The position numbers and the translations under genes were made by a program. Under the pieces are notes generated by a model. The model searched no databases, was not told the DNA's origin, and worked only from the letters and a program-made list of their open reading frames with translations. Shown in pieces: positions 1-13,594 of a stretch of 64,000 nucleotides of DNA. The stretch spans positions 62,001 through 126,000 of the forward strand of contig OZ193910.1 of assembly GCA_964276515.1 (NCBI GenBank). Reading direction: 5' to 3'. This DNA is from Gordius albopunctatus (Eukaryota). Numbering within the stretch: position 1 is the first letter of the stretch; every line of letters begins with the position of its first letter.

Positions 1-33
1 GAAAGTAATGCATAGGAAAAAACAATGGAGAAA

Positions 34-880
34 TGTAATATTTGTATTAACGAAAGATACATCGTATTATTATATTGTTATGTTCGGTATTCCTAGTGCA
101 TACAATTTGTATATTGAACATATGACCTAATTTGAATAAACATTTAAATTGAGTACGCTATATTCTGACGCGACCGACAGGATCTAAGAAGATCATGGAA
201 TCTATTCCTAGCTACAACCCTTCAGATAAGATAGAATCATATTTGTTCACATTAGATCATATATTCAAAGCTAGGAACATTACGGATCTAAATAAAAAAG
301 CAAACACACTGATTCTGGCATATATGGGCCAAAGCAATATTGAAAAGATTAGATCTTATTTATATCCTAAGGATATTACCATCCTCACCTATAAGGAATT
401 AATTGATGCAATCAAGAAAGTTTTTCAAATTAAAAGAACAATATTCAAAAACAGGTTAAATTTTATAAGATGTATTAAACAGGAGGGAGAAGAAATAAAG
501 GACTATGCTAATAGACTTAAGACAATAGCAGAAGAATGTAATTTTGCTACTAACCTAGATGAACATCTCAGGCACCAGATGTTACACAGGATCCAAAACA
601 AAACAGATTCCAATGGCAATACAATAACATTTGAAGAGATATACAAGATAGCTGAAGCCATGGAGTTGGCCAAGAAAGAAGTCATAACTTACGAAATTGA
701 TGCTATAAATCCAAGGTATAAGCCAAAAACTAAACAACAACATTATGGGAAACAACAACATCACAATTGTTCTAGGTGTGGCAAACATCATGAACCAAAG
801 AAATTCTCAGCGTTTTACAAACTATGTTTTATCTGTCAGAAAAAGGGTCATTTTTCAAAATTCTGCCACACAAGAAATGT
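34..880 (+). mobile_element. Gypsy-type LTR retrotransposon 5' part: LTR-like segment, PBS-like motif and gag (ORF 195-890) with CCHC knuckles, truncated
   Basis: Starts TGTAAT at 34. PBS-like TG(A/G)CGCGACCGACAGG at ~166. ORF has retrotransposon gag motifs (KQEGEEIKDYANRLKTIAEECNF, CSRCGKHH, CFICQKKGHFSKFC). Confidence 0.8.
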
Positions 881-1337
881 ATTGTCTTAAGTCTATTAGC
901 ATAGTCCTTTATTTCTTCTCCCTCCTGTTTAATACATCTTATAAAATTTAACCTGTTTTTGAATATTGTTCTTTTAATTTGAAAAACTTTCTTGATTGCA
1001 TCAATTAATTCCTTATAGGTGAGGATGGTAATATCCTTAGGATATAAATAAGATCTAATCTTTTCAATATTGCTTTGGCCCATATATGCCAGAATCAGTG
1101 TGTTTGCTTTTTTATTTAGATCCGTAATGTTCCTAGCTTTGAATATATTATCTAATGTGAACAAATATGATTCTATCTTATCTGAAGGGTTTAAGCTAGG
1201 AATAGATTCCATGATCTTCTTAGATCCTGTCGGTCGCGCCAGAATATAGCGTACTCAATTTAAAAGTTTATTCAAAATAGTTTATATGTCCCATATACAA
1301 ATTGTATGCACTATCTTTCGTTAATACAAATATTACA
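881..1337 (-). mobile_element. Inverted second copy of the same LTR-PBS-gag 5' end (ORF 829-1212)
   Basis: Reverse complement of 34-526. The translation matches the + copy except Y7L and H22N. It ends ATTACA at 1337 and lacks ~35 bp present in the left LTR. Confidence 0.9.
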
Positions 1338-1549
1338 TTATTCACATATTGTAGCTATTTAGGAGGTTTACTATTAGTTGAAGCATATCTAGAAAACTGA
1401 TGATTTAATCTATTAATGTGTCATCCAATACTAAATTATACTCTTGAAATCGTTAGGCAGGCACAAATGACGCTAGGGTGCTCAATTTCGAGCCACTTTA
1501 GCTTAACTTGTTTAACTATTCAAACTTGAATAATATTAGCTAAGCCCAA

Positions 1550-1890
1550 AATTTTGTAATATTTAATAATGTTATGGATACAAATATGTGATAAATATAT
1601 AATTAAATTACTCACATACCTCAGGGGTCATTACTTAAGGAAATGGACTGAAATAGCCAAATTTTCAATTTTTTGCAAAAATATATCACATTTACTGCAC
1701 TTGGGTGCTTTTTATCAAATAGATTCCAATCGGATTGATTTTGCAAATTAAGATATACAAAAACTTACTAAAAATTACAAATAAATAGCCGAGATCTCGC
1801 CGAAAAAATCTCGTATCGTCTTTCTCGACATTAAAATTCTTGTGTCTCGTGTCGTCTCGGTTTTTCGACCGAGATTTATATCAGTTTTTT
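1550..1890. repeat. Dispersed repeat with (CTCGT)n-type subterminal motifs, probable hAT-like non-autonomous element end. Related copies at ~15940-16300 and ~19900-20285
   Basis: Shared CGAGATCTCGC(C/T)GA..AAATCT(C/G)GT..CGTCT core in three places. The 20285 copy ends GCATCACTA, a TAGTGATG-type terminus. Confidence 0.6.
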
Positions 1891-2362
1891 CGGAAAATGT
1901 TCTATCAAATCTTAATAAATTACAGTTTCATATTTTCCACCTAACTTATTTTTTCTCAGTTCTTGTTAACTAATTTTCCTCAATATTCCTCAAAAATAGT
2001 CGTCTATTATATTATGGTTCAAGGCGTAAACCATTAAGAATGTATAATATGCAGAAGAACTTTAAGGAGCAAACTTTAAAATTTGCATTTAGCAAGAGTC
2101 ATAAATTACCAGTCTAAGAAGCTTTGAAATCTCTGCTATGATTAGTTCAATGAATTTTTACATATATACCATAAAATTTTACTATAACTGCCTTAATTTC
2201 TTAGGTCCTTTCAGAGCTCTTTTCCAGCATAAAAGAGCTACTTGTTTTTGGAGTAAACAATTTATGTTTTTAGCTTTTTGTACCGTTAGCTATTTTTATT
2301 TTTTACAAGTCATGAGATCTTTGAACTTATGCGAAATTTTTTTACATAATCCTTCCTAACAC

Positions 2363-3020
2363 CTAGAGCCCTGCACAGGCCACCCGAAGCCCGAGCCTGA
2401 CCCGGCCCGACCAGATCAGTTTTTGGGCCCGGCACTGACAGAATTTTATAAAATAATCAAGTCCGGCCCAAATTAAACTAAGGCAAATTAATCTTTTATA
2501 AAATAAGATTTAAATAAACTCTACTCATAATTAAATAATTATCTTCGCACAGCGTACATTATATAGTTTCTAAACTTCTGCTTTTTCCCCTTTTCTATTG
2601 TTATATAACTGACCTGAATTGCAAATCTTATAGTATTTAAATAGAATCATAGTAGCTGTGTTACTTACGACTTTAGAAATAAGAAAAGTAGCTATTTCAA
2701 AAAGTTTTTTATTTGGAACTGTTAATAATATATTTTATAAAGTTAAATTTTTTGCTTTAAATGATTAGCTAATCAAATTGTAAAGAGTGAAACGGATTTT
2801 TTGATTCAAAATTATCCTAGTTGCAAATTACGAGTAATAACAATCTAATGCATTTTATATCTAGATGGTGAAAAAATTTTCTATAATATATTTTTCCAAA
2901 ATTTTATTAGGAAAATCGCCTCAGGCAAAAAATAAAAAAGTCTTTTGGGCTCGGGCCGGGCTCGGACAAAATAAAAATTTACAATTCGGGCTTGGGCCCA
3001 GCTCGTGGATAAGAAATTTC
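2363..3020. mobile_element. MITE-like element with TAGAGCCCTGCAC terminus and CCCGA/TCGGG subterminal repeats, abutting an RTE fragment. Related ends at ~6262-7070, 38738, 40493 and 43770
   Basis: CCCGA/GCCCG clusters at the left end and TCGGG/CGGGC clusters at the right end. The same terminal motif recurs across the window. Confidence 0.55.
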
Positions 3021-4040
3021 GATGGCTTTTGAATGTCCCTCGTTATCGTGTCTATAATTATATTAAATAAAAAGACACTTAGCAGAGCTAGATGTAATCC
3101 AATATTAACCCGAAAAGTTTTAGAGTCTCCAACTGTGGTCCTAAAGCAAGAATTTGAAGCTTCATAAATATTTTCCATAAGCCGTATATATGCGTCAGGG
3201 ATATTTTGTTTCCTCAGGCACCACCATATTAAATCGCGGGGGACCGTGTCATAAGCTTTCTCCAAGTCGATAAAAATCATATTAGGTTTTTCCTCTTTTC
3301 ACAATACTTTCCATCATTTGTCTTAGGGCAAAGATTGGGTCGATTGTGGATTTGCCGGCCACGAATCCGAATTGATTAGCCGATATTTCTACCTCGTTTT
3401 TGAGCCTTGTTACTAAGATCCTTTCCATAAGCTTCATGGTGTGGAAAGTTGGCTTCATACCTCTGTAATTGCCGCAGTCCTGAGTGTCTCCTTTGCCTTT
3501 AAATAAGGCTATAATCGTGCTTGCTCTCCATTGATTAGGGATTCGCTCTTCTACCAATATCTTGTTAAGGAGGTTCGTCATGGTGGTGACTCATCCTTCA
3601 CGAAATCCGAGCAATGCTTCCATAAGTATTCCATCTGGGCCATTTGCTTTTCCTTTTTGCATCTTGTTCATTTGTGTCCTAACTTTATCCTCCTGAAAGA
3701 GTTTTAACATACTCATATTTGGCTCAATTTCGGGAAGGGAATCCTTGTCATTTGCAATATTCATAAGTTTCTTAAAATATCCCTTCCACATCACTTATTT
3801 CTGCTTGAATAAGATTTGACTCTTCTCGCTTTTGACATTTTAAGATATCCGACATCGCGACATTTCTTCTCCCTTATCTTGGCCAATTTGTAAATAAGCC
3901 TACCACCCCCTTTATGATCCAGTTTGTTTGCCATCTCGATGTACGCGGCGTTCTTTGCTTTTGCAACGGCCTTTTTTGCGGCCCTCTTTGCATCCCTGTA
4001 CTCTTGATATTCCTCCGACTTTTTTGATTTATGCCATGGT
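3021..4040 (-). mobile_element. RTE-clade non-LTR retrotransposon, frameshifted reverse-transcriptase fragment
   Basis: KGKANGPDGI, FKGKGDTQDCGNYRG, NQFGFVAGKSTIDPIF and FIDLEKAYDTVPR motifs. Near-identical to 13600-14540. Confidence 0.9.
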
Positions 4041-5170
4041 CTATTATAAATGGCATAAAATATAGTATTGAACGAGAGCCTAGTAAAACGGGAAAATGAT
4101 AAAGATTTTGCTTTTTAAATAAACAACTCGCACCTGGTAGTTTGCGAGAAATTAATGAATAAAGAAAGAGTGGAAAATTGTGCTATTACAAAATTTACAA
4201 ATAGGACTCCGATATAATATAACATAAGGGGGATATATTATATGAAAATAGCTTTTTACATTTTCGAAGTCAATTCCAAATAGCTTTCAAAATATGGGTA
4301 AAATATTTGGCTCGAAAATATTATGGTATTAGAATCCATAATATTTTTCGTTATTATTTTTATTAGAGCTCCAAAAGCAATTGATGGTTGGCCTCAAGTG
4401 ACTTATGTCAAATTGAGTGGGAGTAGACATTTTAAATTTGACGACATAAATTTTAGTTTATTCCTGAAAAAATACCTTTATCAAAAATCTTTTTTAATTC
4501 ATAATCTATAGTTACCTATTGCCTTTTCATTTTATAAAATATGCTAAGGTCAATATATATGGTATAATTAAAAAACGATATAATCCTTTTAGTTTGTTCT
4601 TGGATATAACTATTATATAGAAACTATTTAGCGCCCTTCAGTCTCTTCAAAAATGCCTCTTAATTGAATTTTTTTAAATGACGTAACTAGCTGCTTTTTA
4701 CCTTGGGGGAAATCACACAAGCGGGATTTGTTAAACTTAAAAGTTATCTATTCCTCTGTATAAATACATCTTCAAAAAATGGGAAAACGCTTATTAGGCA
4801 GCATTAAACCTATTCCAAACTCTTTATAAATCTGTTAAGCCCTTTCCGGTTAATATTACATGACCATAATTTGTTGTCTAGAATAATTGAAAATATAATA
4901 TTTAAAGAGTTTTTATCTCCTTTTTTTATATATAACAATTATAAATAATTCAAGGCATATAAAATCTTTAAATATATTTAAACTTTTTTCACTTTTTCAA
5001 TCAAATATGTTAGAAAACGTTAAATATTACGATATGCGTTTAAAAGTCTTAATTACTTTAAACTTATCATTTTTAATTATCACTTAAAGTAGATTTACTG
5101 GCTGGTCATTATAAAATAAATATACTGCTAAGTAGCTAAAGAGTATTTTTGCAAATATTTTTATTTATAG

Positions 5171-5517
5171 AAAGATCAATTACAAAATTGGTGCCATGGA
5201 AACATTTAAAATACAAAACTGTGTACATACCACGGGTAGAAGTCTTAGTAGAAACAATTCAAAGATTATGTGATATGAAACTACTTGAAACCATTGATGA
5301 TGTTAATGCGCTAAAACATACAACCTTAAAAGAGATATACCTTAACTACTATTATCTCATCTATTATGACTTTGATTATAATTATGAATATGATATGAGT
5401 TATGAATACCAAGGTATGCCAGGCAATGATGAGGATTATATGGATGAGTTGAGCGATGATGAAAGGAATGACACTGACTCATATAATAAAAGTTATGATA
5501 AATATGAATATTTATAA
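5171..5517 (+). CDS. Possible terminal coding exon of an unidentified host gene (acidic, Tyr/Asp-rich C-terminus)
   Basis: Long ORF in very AT-rich DNA, preceded by TTTATTTATAG acceptor, with AATAAA ~40 nt after the stop. No recognisable domain. Confidence 0.3.
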
Positions 5518-6261
5518 ATATCTATATATTTGTTGTATAATATTACAGCCTCTTAAAATAAATGGATCCACATGTTCGGATTCCTAGCTGTAAATCACTT
5601 TTGCAAATGAATGTGTTGTACAAGGTTGTTAAAACCCTCCCACTTTTTTTATCAATCCGATGAGACCATCAATAAAATCCCCTACCTTATCTACAAGTAC
5701 ACCAACAAAAATATATTGCCAATTTTTTTGTACTGATTCTTGGGATTAATAAAGCTCAAGACCCAAGAGGTACTCTCTTTTTTCAGTCTACATAGTCGAC
5801 CATGCTACGTCATATCTTTATTACATCTCAAATTCCCAATTAAGCTTCTTTGATACCCATCAAAATAAATTAGATTCTGGCTACAAACAGGCCCTGCCTA
5901 AGGCTCTATTAAGAGCAGTATAAAAAAATAGGTTGCAATTTAAAAGGTATAACTTTGTTTTGCCTTTATCAAAATATTTAATCTTCATATTTTTATCTTT
6001 GACAAACTTTTTCATCTTATAAATGTTAAAAGTTATTTAAAATAGAAGATATACAAGTGTGTACCTTGATTCATGCTTATGTATTATTTAAAAAATTCCC
6101 GTAACTACGCTAAAATATTTTTAGGGATTGTAAACTTCATCCAGAACTTGAGAGCGACAATAAATAAATTGAAGGTAATATATGTTTATACATTGTTTTA
6201 TTAAAATCGAAAGAGTTTACCCCGGGTATTTATGTAAATAGTTTATACAGGATGCCTAGGC

Positions 6262-7072
6262 TAGATTACTGCACGGGTGACCCGAAAATCCGACCCGCAC
6301 CCAACCCGTACGGGTTGAAAATTTTGAATTGTGTTCGGGTCGGGTTTGGGTTAAAAATTTTAACATGCTTTCGGGTTGGCTCGGGGTGGATTTAAAGTGT
6401 CGGGTCAAAGGTTATGAATCTTACATTGCATAATACACGAGACATATCTTTTAATATATATAATATTTTTTAATTAATACTGAAATGTATAATTGAATAT
6501 CATTCATTCAGTTAATAAAATTCATTTTGTTTTTTTTAAATCTGATTGTTTTAATTTGGACGCAAATTTAAATTTGACTCATGAAAGGTAAAATATATTA
6601 ACAAAATAATATTTTATAATTGCATTTAAATAGTGTGAAGTGGTAGTTCATTATTAATTTAAACTACAATTATATATTTATAAAACAAATAAAGTAAGTT
6701 TAAATTTGTTTAATGATTCATTTGCAAAATTATATATGCAAAATAACCATATTTAAAATTTTAGCCATAATTTGATAAAATTTCTAAGATTTTTTGGAAT
6801 CAAAGGGGAACAGCCGCCCGTCCCTGCCACCCCCTGGCTTTTCCAATGCACACCGCAATAATTCTTACTCTCGCCTAAGATATCAAAATTTGAAACACGT
6901 TGGGAAGGGATTCGATTAAAAAATTTTTAATGCTTTCGGTTCAGGTCAGGCCGGGTCTTATCGGATTAAAAAATTTAAAATGCTTTTGGATCGAGTCGGG
7001 CTTGGGTTAAAAATTTTAAATACTTTTGGGTCGGGTCGGGTTTGGGTCAAAAAAAGTGACTTTGGAGAACTG
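6262..7072. mobile_element. Non-autonomous DNA-transposon-like element with TCGGGT/ACCCGA subterminal arrays and a nested GC-rich repeat fragment (6742-6850)
   Basis: Repeated TCGGGTCGGGTTTGGG...AAAAATTTTAA units at both ends. Confidence 0.55.
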
Positions 7073-7149
7073 TTATAATATTTCCTTAGTGAAAAAGCAT
7101 TTTTTTATGCATCCCTATATAGAATCTTAAAAACTATTTAAACGCTATT

Positions 7150-7730
7150 TTTTTTGTTAAAAAAGTTTATTTTCACGAAACAAAGTTACATAAATAAGGG
7201 AAATACAAAAATAAATACAAATTGGTTAAATACAAAGATCTATATCATTATCTTCTAAAATGGGCTATGAGTCGGCAAAGGATTTAAAGTTGTATCGCGC
7301 AACAAGAATCCCTAGTTGTTGTCTGAGTAAAAAGGACGCAGAAATTTTAGATTTTTGGTGCGTTTTCCGATTTCTTTAAAACAGGAATAAAAATATTGGA
7401 TACCAAAAGTGCTGAATACTTTGTAGTTTTACACCCTTTTTCTGTAGCGATAGGGTCGTAGTTGAAATGGGAAGGGGCAAAATGGTGAATACAAGTAAAA
7501 TTCCATTTGAGGGATAGGCCATTTTGTCAGGGGACTAGAGAAGAGCCGTCAGGGCGCATCCTACCTTCAAGGGAGGGATCTGACGGCTCAAGGATTGAGG
7601 GGATTTTGGCCTTTTTAAGGGCAGCTTGAATTAATAAATTAGCTTTAGTGTGCCTAACATATTTATATTTGTTTGCTAGGCAGTGTAGAGGGTGCATAGC
7701 ATATTCGTCTACAACGGTAAGGCAATTTTT
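7150..7730 (-). mobile_element. 5'-truncated 3' end of the CRE-like non-LTR element (same family as 27960-30635)
   Basis: NCLTVVDEYAMHPLHC...RH...RMRPDGSSLVP is nearly identical to 30005-30200. Has an A-rich tail and a small internal deletion. Confidence 0.85.
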
Positions 7731-9359
7731 CCTTAATTTAGTAACGAATAAAGTTACAGTTACCTTATACAAAATTTAAAAATCATTAATTAAGTTAAAT
7801 AATATAGTTACACGTCTGGTTTGAGTTTATCGATTTAAATTTAAATTTCCTTCTCAGATAAAATTTAGATACTAATGGATAATCCATACTATTAGAAAAC
7901 AAAATCATATCTTATTTCCTCAATATGAATTTACTGAATATATATTATAACGAATTAATTTTTGATGAATTTACATCTAAATTTTGATTATTAAGCCATT
8001 TGATATTACTTATAATATAATATTGATGAAGGCCATTAAATTTTGTATAATTTATAATTATACCTTTTGTCTTATTTAAATTTGACATGGAAAAATAAAA
8101 CACCTTGGCAATTTTTTTGATACCTAATTATCTTTAACAAAAGAGAAACCAAGAAGATAATATTTATGATAATTTTCCTAAATTGGAAAGACTTTTAATT
8201 AAATTCAATTTTCCCCTACCATCCAGCTTGCCCTTCGATTAAATCGAACGCATATTTAGTCTTGGTAAAGTGAAAAGATTAGACAACAATATCAAATGTA
8301 AGGTTTTATTGAAGCCGAATCACCATACCCGGTGATTTTTAATCTAGTGTGTGAATAAATAATAATAAAAGTGTGTTTATTTTTGAAACTCGAGTATCTT
8401 TGAATGTTGCTAGTCCCATCAGGTAGTAACTTTAACTGTACAGTAGCTTTTAAAAAAAAGTAACTGTGACTGTAATGCTTTTAACTTAACCAATCTTTAT
8501 CGAGTAGGAACCATATCTATATGTCTTCTTTATTATCATAACTTTATCCTCCTGCCTTTTCAACGAATACGAGGTCGTCCTTTTCCTCTCTTCTTTAGCA
8601 CCTCTATGTCTAATTTTAAATTATTTTATCTCTTACGCTATAATAAAATCTGCTGAAAACCATGTTTAGTTTCAAACAACCATGCTCGATACCACGGTTT
8701 ATATCAAGCAAATCTACTCGATGCCCAGCTAGTTTATATCCTACTCAACCAGCACCCATCAGCAACTTCAATCTGCTAGTGCTAGTAACCGGGTTATTAA
8801 GCAGCATCTGCTCGTTATGCTAGATTAGATGGGAATGGTAGGAGATAAGTGCCTATTATCAGGTTTGAGCCTGTAGCATATAAGCATTTTAACACCTCTA
8901 GTTGGAGGTTTTCAAATTAGAAGATACGTCAACCTCAATTTGCCCCCTTTTTTTACCCTCTTTCTCACCGGTGGAAAACAGGGTAAAAAGGGGGGGGGGC
9001 GGGGCAAAACACCTCAACCCCCTCTCCCCTGGTGAGAAAGAGGGTAAAAAATAATGGGGTGCGGGCAAGGTTCTTGATTTATTTATGATATATAATATGA
9101 GCAAATATTATAAGTTACTAAATTTTAACAAATAGCAATTCAATCTATTATCTGCTCGAATTTACTGCTCGAGCTTCTGTTAAATTTTTTAACAGATTGG
9201 GCTGCTTCGACTAACCTGTCGAGCATTTTTACATGCTACTGTTAAAACTATTGAACCAAACAGCTAGCACTCATTGTGCTAAACTAGCATATTACACAGC
9301 TAGTGTTCGTTCTCGTGTTTTTAGTTTAAGCTACTTAGCAATTTAACAACTATACCTAG

Positions 9360-12300
9360 ACCAGCCAGGAAAGGCGACGCCCGAGCTCGGTCATATTCAT
9401 CGTAGTCGCCTATTTTAAATCATCAAAAAACTTTCCGGGCACCGTCGGCTCGTCGATACCGGCGGGGACATCAGCGTCCTGCCACCTAAATCAAATAAAC
9501 GTTCCCTACCTTCCCCTTTTCAATTACAAGCTGCCAACAACAGCTGTATCAAAACCTACGGTCAAATTCTTTTATCGCTTGATCTCGGTTTGCGAAAAAC
9601 GTTCAGGTGGATATTTACGATCGCAGACGTCAAAAAACCATATTGGGGGGGGGCAGATTTCCTTGATTTTTTCAATTTCACAGTAGATTTCAGAAGGAAA
9701 AGGTTGATAGACCCACAAACAGCGACAATATCAAATGGTGTACCCACCTCAACAACATCTTTAAGAATAAAGTCTTGCTCCCAACCGTTAGAAAATGAAT
9801 TCGCAAGTTTATTAAAGGAATTCCCGGAAATTTATATCCCTCCAAATTACAGGTCATGCGTAAACCATCAAGTAGTCCACCACATACGTACACAAGGACC
9901 ACCCGTTTATGCCAGACCTAGACGCGTAGACCCTGTCAAGCTAAAGGTTGCCAAACAAGAGTTTGCACACATGCTCGAACTCGGCATAATTCAACCATCA
10001 GAAAGCCCCTGGAGTTCTCCACTGCACATGGTTCCGAAAAAAAAACTACAGGAGATTGGCGACCGTGTGGAGATTACCGAGCACTTAACTTTATAAAGAC
10101 ACCGGATCGTTACCCCTTACCACATCTACACGATTTCTCGCTCAACCTAGCCGGCACAAACATGAATTCACGTGTATTGACCTATTTGCCCCCCTCTAAC
10201 TACAACAATGATTCTTTAGCTGTCGCATAGGGGCGTAAAACTAATAAATACAAAGCCCTATTATCCTCAAATATTTTTATTCCATTGGTTGCTTCGTGTT
10301 CAGGCACCTTTGGCAAACAGGCCTTAGCCTTTTTTAAAGAGTTAGGAAGACGTTCTCTCCCGTCTAAACATTCGGTATCCTTTTTACTTAAACAACGACT
10401 TGGTATTCTTATAGCCAAGTACAATTTTATATCGTTCGCGGATTCTTGGCCAATTTTGGAAGATCCCCTCGATGATGATATATTAGAATAGTGTATTATT
10501 TTATTTGACCCATTTTTTCTTTTATATTTTATGTATTTATATTATATAAACTTTTTATTTAAAAAAATAGATATAGTCAGAGCATACCATCAAATACCCG
10601 TAGCCTTGGAAGACATCGCAAAGACTGCAATAACTACACCTTCCGGTCTTTATGAATTTTTGCGAATGCCTTTTGGTTTACGAAATGCTGCTCAAACATT
10701 TCAACGCTTCATTGGACAAGCTCTCCGCGGTCTCAATTTAACCTTCGCATATTTGGACGATATTTTAATAGCAAGTACATCAACTAGTAAACATTTAGAC
10801 CACTTGCGTCAGGTTTCTACACGATTCCGAGAGTTTGATGTAAAAATTAAACTGGAAACGTGCCAATGGGAATGTTCTTCTCTGGATTTCCTAGGACATC
10901 ATGTTTCCCCGCAAGGTTTAACGCCATCACCAGACAAAATCTCAGCTATCAAAGATGCAACTTCGTCGCTTCATAGGTATGGTAAAATTTTACCGACGTT
11001 TTATACCTAGCGCACTCCTCCTCCAGCCATTAACTAATCTGCTCAATGACTCAAAAGGATCCCTCGTTTTACAAGACGCACAGGATGCATTCAAAGAGAC
11101 TAAGGAAGCGCTTGATTAGATCACGACCCTGAATCACCTAGTAGAAAGCGCAACTCTCTCATTAACAACCGACGCGTCAAACACCGCGATCGGCGCCATC
11201 CTGCACCAAATATTAAATGGAGAAAGTAGTCCCCCGTGATTTTATTTGCTTAAATTAAATAAGACTCTGACGCGCTACAGCAGATTTGGTAGAGAATTAC
11301 TTCCTATCTACTTCTCTATAAAACATTATCGACATGTTTTGGAAGGGCGAGACTTCATAGTTTACACAGATCACAAGCCCCTGACGTACGCCTTAGCTAG
11401 TAAATCTGACAAATACTCACCAAGGGAAATACGACAGCTAGACTACATATCACAATTTACTTCAAATATACAGTTTATTAAAGGTAAGGCGAATATTGTA
11501 GCCGACGCGTTGTCCCGCGTGGACATAGACAGCATTCACCTTGAAAGTTTAGCCTCATAGCAGATAGCTAGATCTCAAGAATTATAATTTTACAGCCCCT
11601 ACCAGCTTTCGTCGCTTAAAGTTTCCGATTTCCCTATTCCAGGTTCAAATTTGACGATTAAATGTGACACCTCCTGCGCCACACCACGCCCGGTTATACC
11701 TACTTCAATGAGGCGAAAGGTGTTTGACCTCATACATAACCTAGCTCATCCCGGAATCCGTGGAACCCTTAAGCTGGTGGCTAAACGATTCGTATGGCCA
11801 CAGATGAATAAAGACGTACGGTCATAGGCAAAACAATGCCTTCAATGTCAAAAGTGTAAGGTCAACAAACACACTATAACAACCCCTGGTAGTTTTTCCG
11901 ATCCGGATGCACGATTTAGCCATGTGCATCTTAATTTAGTTGGTCCTTTACCACCTGCTAACGGCTATACCTACTTGCTTACTGCTGTCGACAGATTTAC
12001 CCGTTGGCCAATTGCAGTGCCCATGACTAAAATTACCGCTGAACATGTGGTCCAAGAGTTTGTTAAACACTGGATATCAAATTATGGAGTTCCAGTAACG
12101 ATTACTTCTGATAGGGGGGTTCAATTTGAGTCTAGACTTTTCTCCAAGTTGGCGCGTCTTTTGGGTTTTCATCACAGTAGGACTACAGCTTATCACCCAC
12201 AATCTAATGGAATGGTTGAACGTTTTCACAGGTAGCTTAATGTAGCCTTAAAAGCCCAAGGCGATACAACCAAATGGGATGAACTAGCTCCACTGGTTAT

Positions 12301-13129
12301 GTTAGGAATTAGGTCGGCTATCAAACAAGATATTTTTTGTTCAGCGGCTGAGCTGGTTTACGGGACAACGTTGCGTCTTTCAGGCGAATATTTCGAACGA
12401 TCGAAAAAGGCCATTGATATTCCCGAATACATCAATCGTCTAAAAAATTATTTTGCTCACATACCATTTCATCCAACTCGCCCTCAGGCTACCACTCCAA
12501 ATTTATCTAATGCCTTAAAAACAAGTAATTTCGTTTTTATACGCAACGATGAATCCCGCAAAGGTTTGTGCGCTGCGTTCAATGGGCCCTTCAAGGTGCT
12601 TAAGAAGTATAATAGATATTATGTAGTGGAGAAGAACGGTAAGGCTGAGACCATTTCAATCGACAGGATAAAGCGAGCACATTTAGATTCCGACCCGGAC
12701 GTTAGTTCATCATCATCTACGCCGCAAACGGGCAAGGCGGAAGCTGTTTCAGCCAGCATATCTAAATCGACAGGTCCGGTCCCTAATTCAGGCAGTAGTT
12801 TATCAACACCCCCCCCCCCCAACAAAGTAAGTAAACTAGTAAAAGTGGTGGGAACGTTCATTGGCAAAAGAAGCTATCCGAGTTCATCTAACACTCCGTA
12901 TTTAGGAAGGAGAGTAATGTGGTGAGCTGCATCGTTTATATATGCATATTCGCGTCGTTTATTATGTAACTTCTATATTCCTTGTGCCACGCATTCATGA
13001 CTTACTTCCTGGAATTATTATTCAACAACCATTATCATTGCTACTTTATTTCAGCTCGCTTATTCTAAATATCTTGTGTTTGCGATTCATTTAAATAAAC
13101 TAATTTATATTCAACAAATCTCAATAACA
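9360..13129 (+). mobile_element. Degenerate Gypsy LTR retrotransposon: protease-RT-RNaseH-integrase, PPT and 3' LTR (~12918-13129)
   Basis: LVDTG protease; [82 protein letters not shown] is followed by TGTGG...AACA. Many stops. Confidence 0.92.
10164..10567 (+). mobile_element. 5'-truncated CRE-like non-LTR 3' end nested in the Gypsy RT
   Basis: Splits ...LAGTN / KIDIVRAYHQ. Encodes SGTFGKQALAFFKELG...SFADSWPILED, a diverged relative of 30174-30554, and ends in an A-rich tail. Confidence 0.85.
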
Positions 13130-13340
13130 TCAACCAATGACTAAAACCACCCCAAGCCTAGTTCACCAAAATACCCTTCCTATGGCTTTGGAGTTCAACA
13201 AGGCCCCGCCTGAGGTTAGATACCCGTTCGGGTACGACAGGCCCCAAGCTACCTAAAATATTATCTTTGTGAAAAGGGGGGAAGTGTAGAGGATAACTGA
13301 TGATGTGTAATTTATGCTAAAGTTCTATGTTGCGCGTGGA
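13130..13340 (+). mobile_element. 3' end of a second Gypsy element (integrase tail, PPT, start of LTR)
   Basis: RYP..VRQAPSYLKYYL-type tail, then AAAAGGGGGGAAG PPT directly followed by TGTAG. Confidence 0.55.
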
Positions 13341-13382
13341 GTAAAAAAGATACAACCCGTGATATATTTTATTTTATCTTGA

Positions 13383-13594
13383 TTTTTTCTTATTATCGTA
13401 TGTTCGAGCGCGTTTGTTCTCTTCTCGCGCGCGGATACTTGTAACGTGGTTATATCCCATTGATTTTCTAAAAAAAAGTCAAATTTCATCTTTCTTTTTT
13501 CTTATTATCGTATGTTCGAGCGCGTTTGTTCTCTTCTCGCGCGCGGATACTTGTAACGTGGTTATATCACATTGATTTTCTAAAAAAAGTCAAA
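13383..13594. repeat. Tandem duplication of a ~112 bp unit (2 near-identical copies)
   Basis: TTTTTTCTTATTATCGTATGTTCGAGCGCG...AAAAAAAGTCAAA appears twice in direct orientation. Confidence 0.9.

Noticed and set aside
4740..4870. Beta-1,3-galactosyltransferase-like remnant (FFEDVFI, minus strand)
   Set aside because: A single short motif with no continuous frame.
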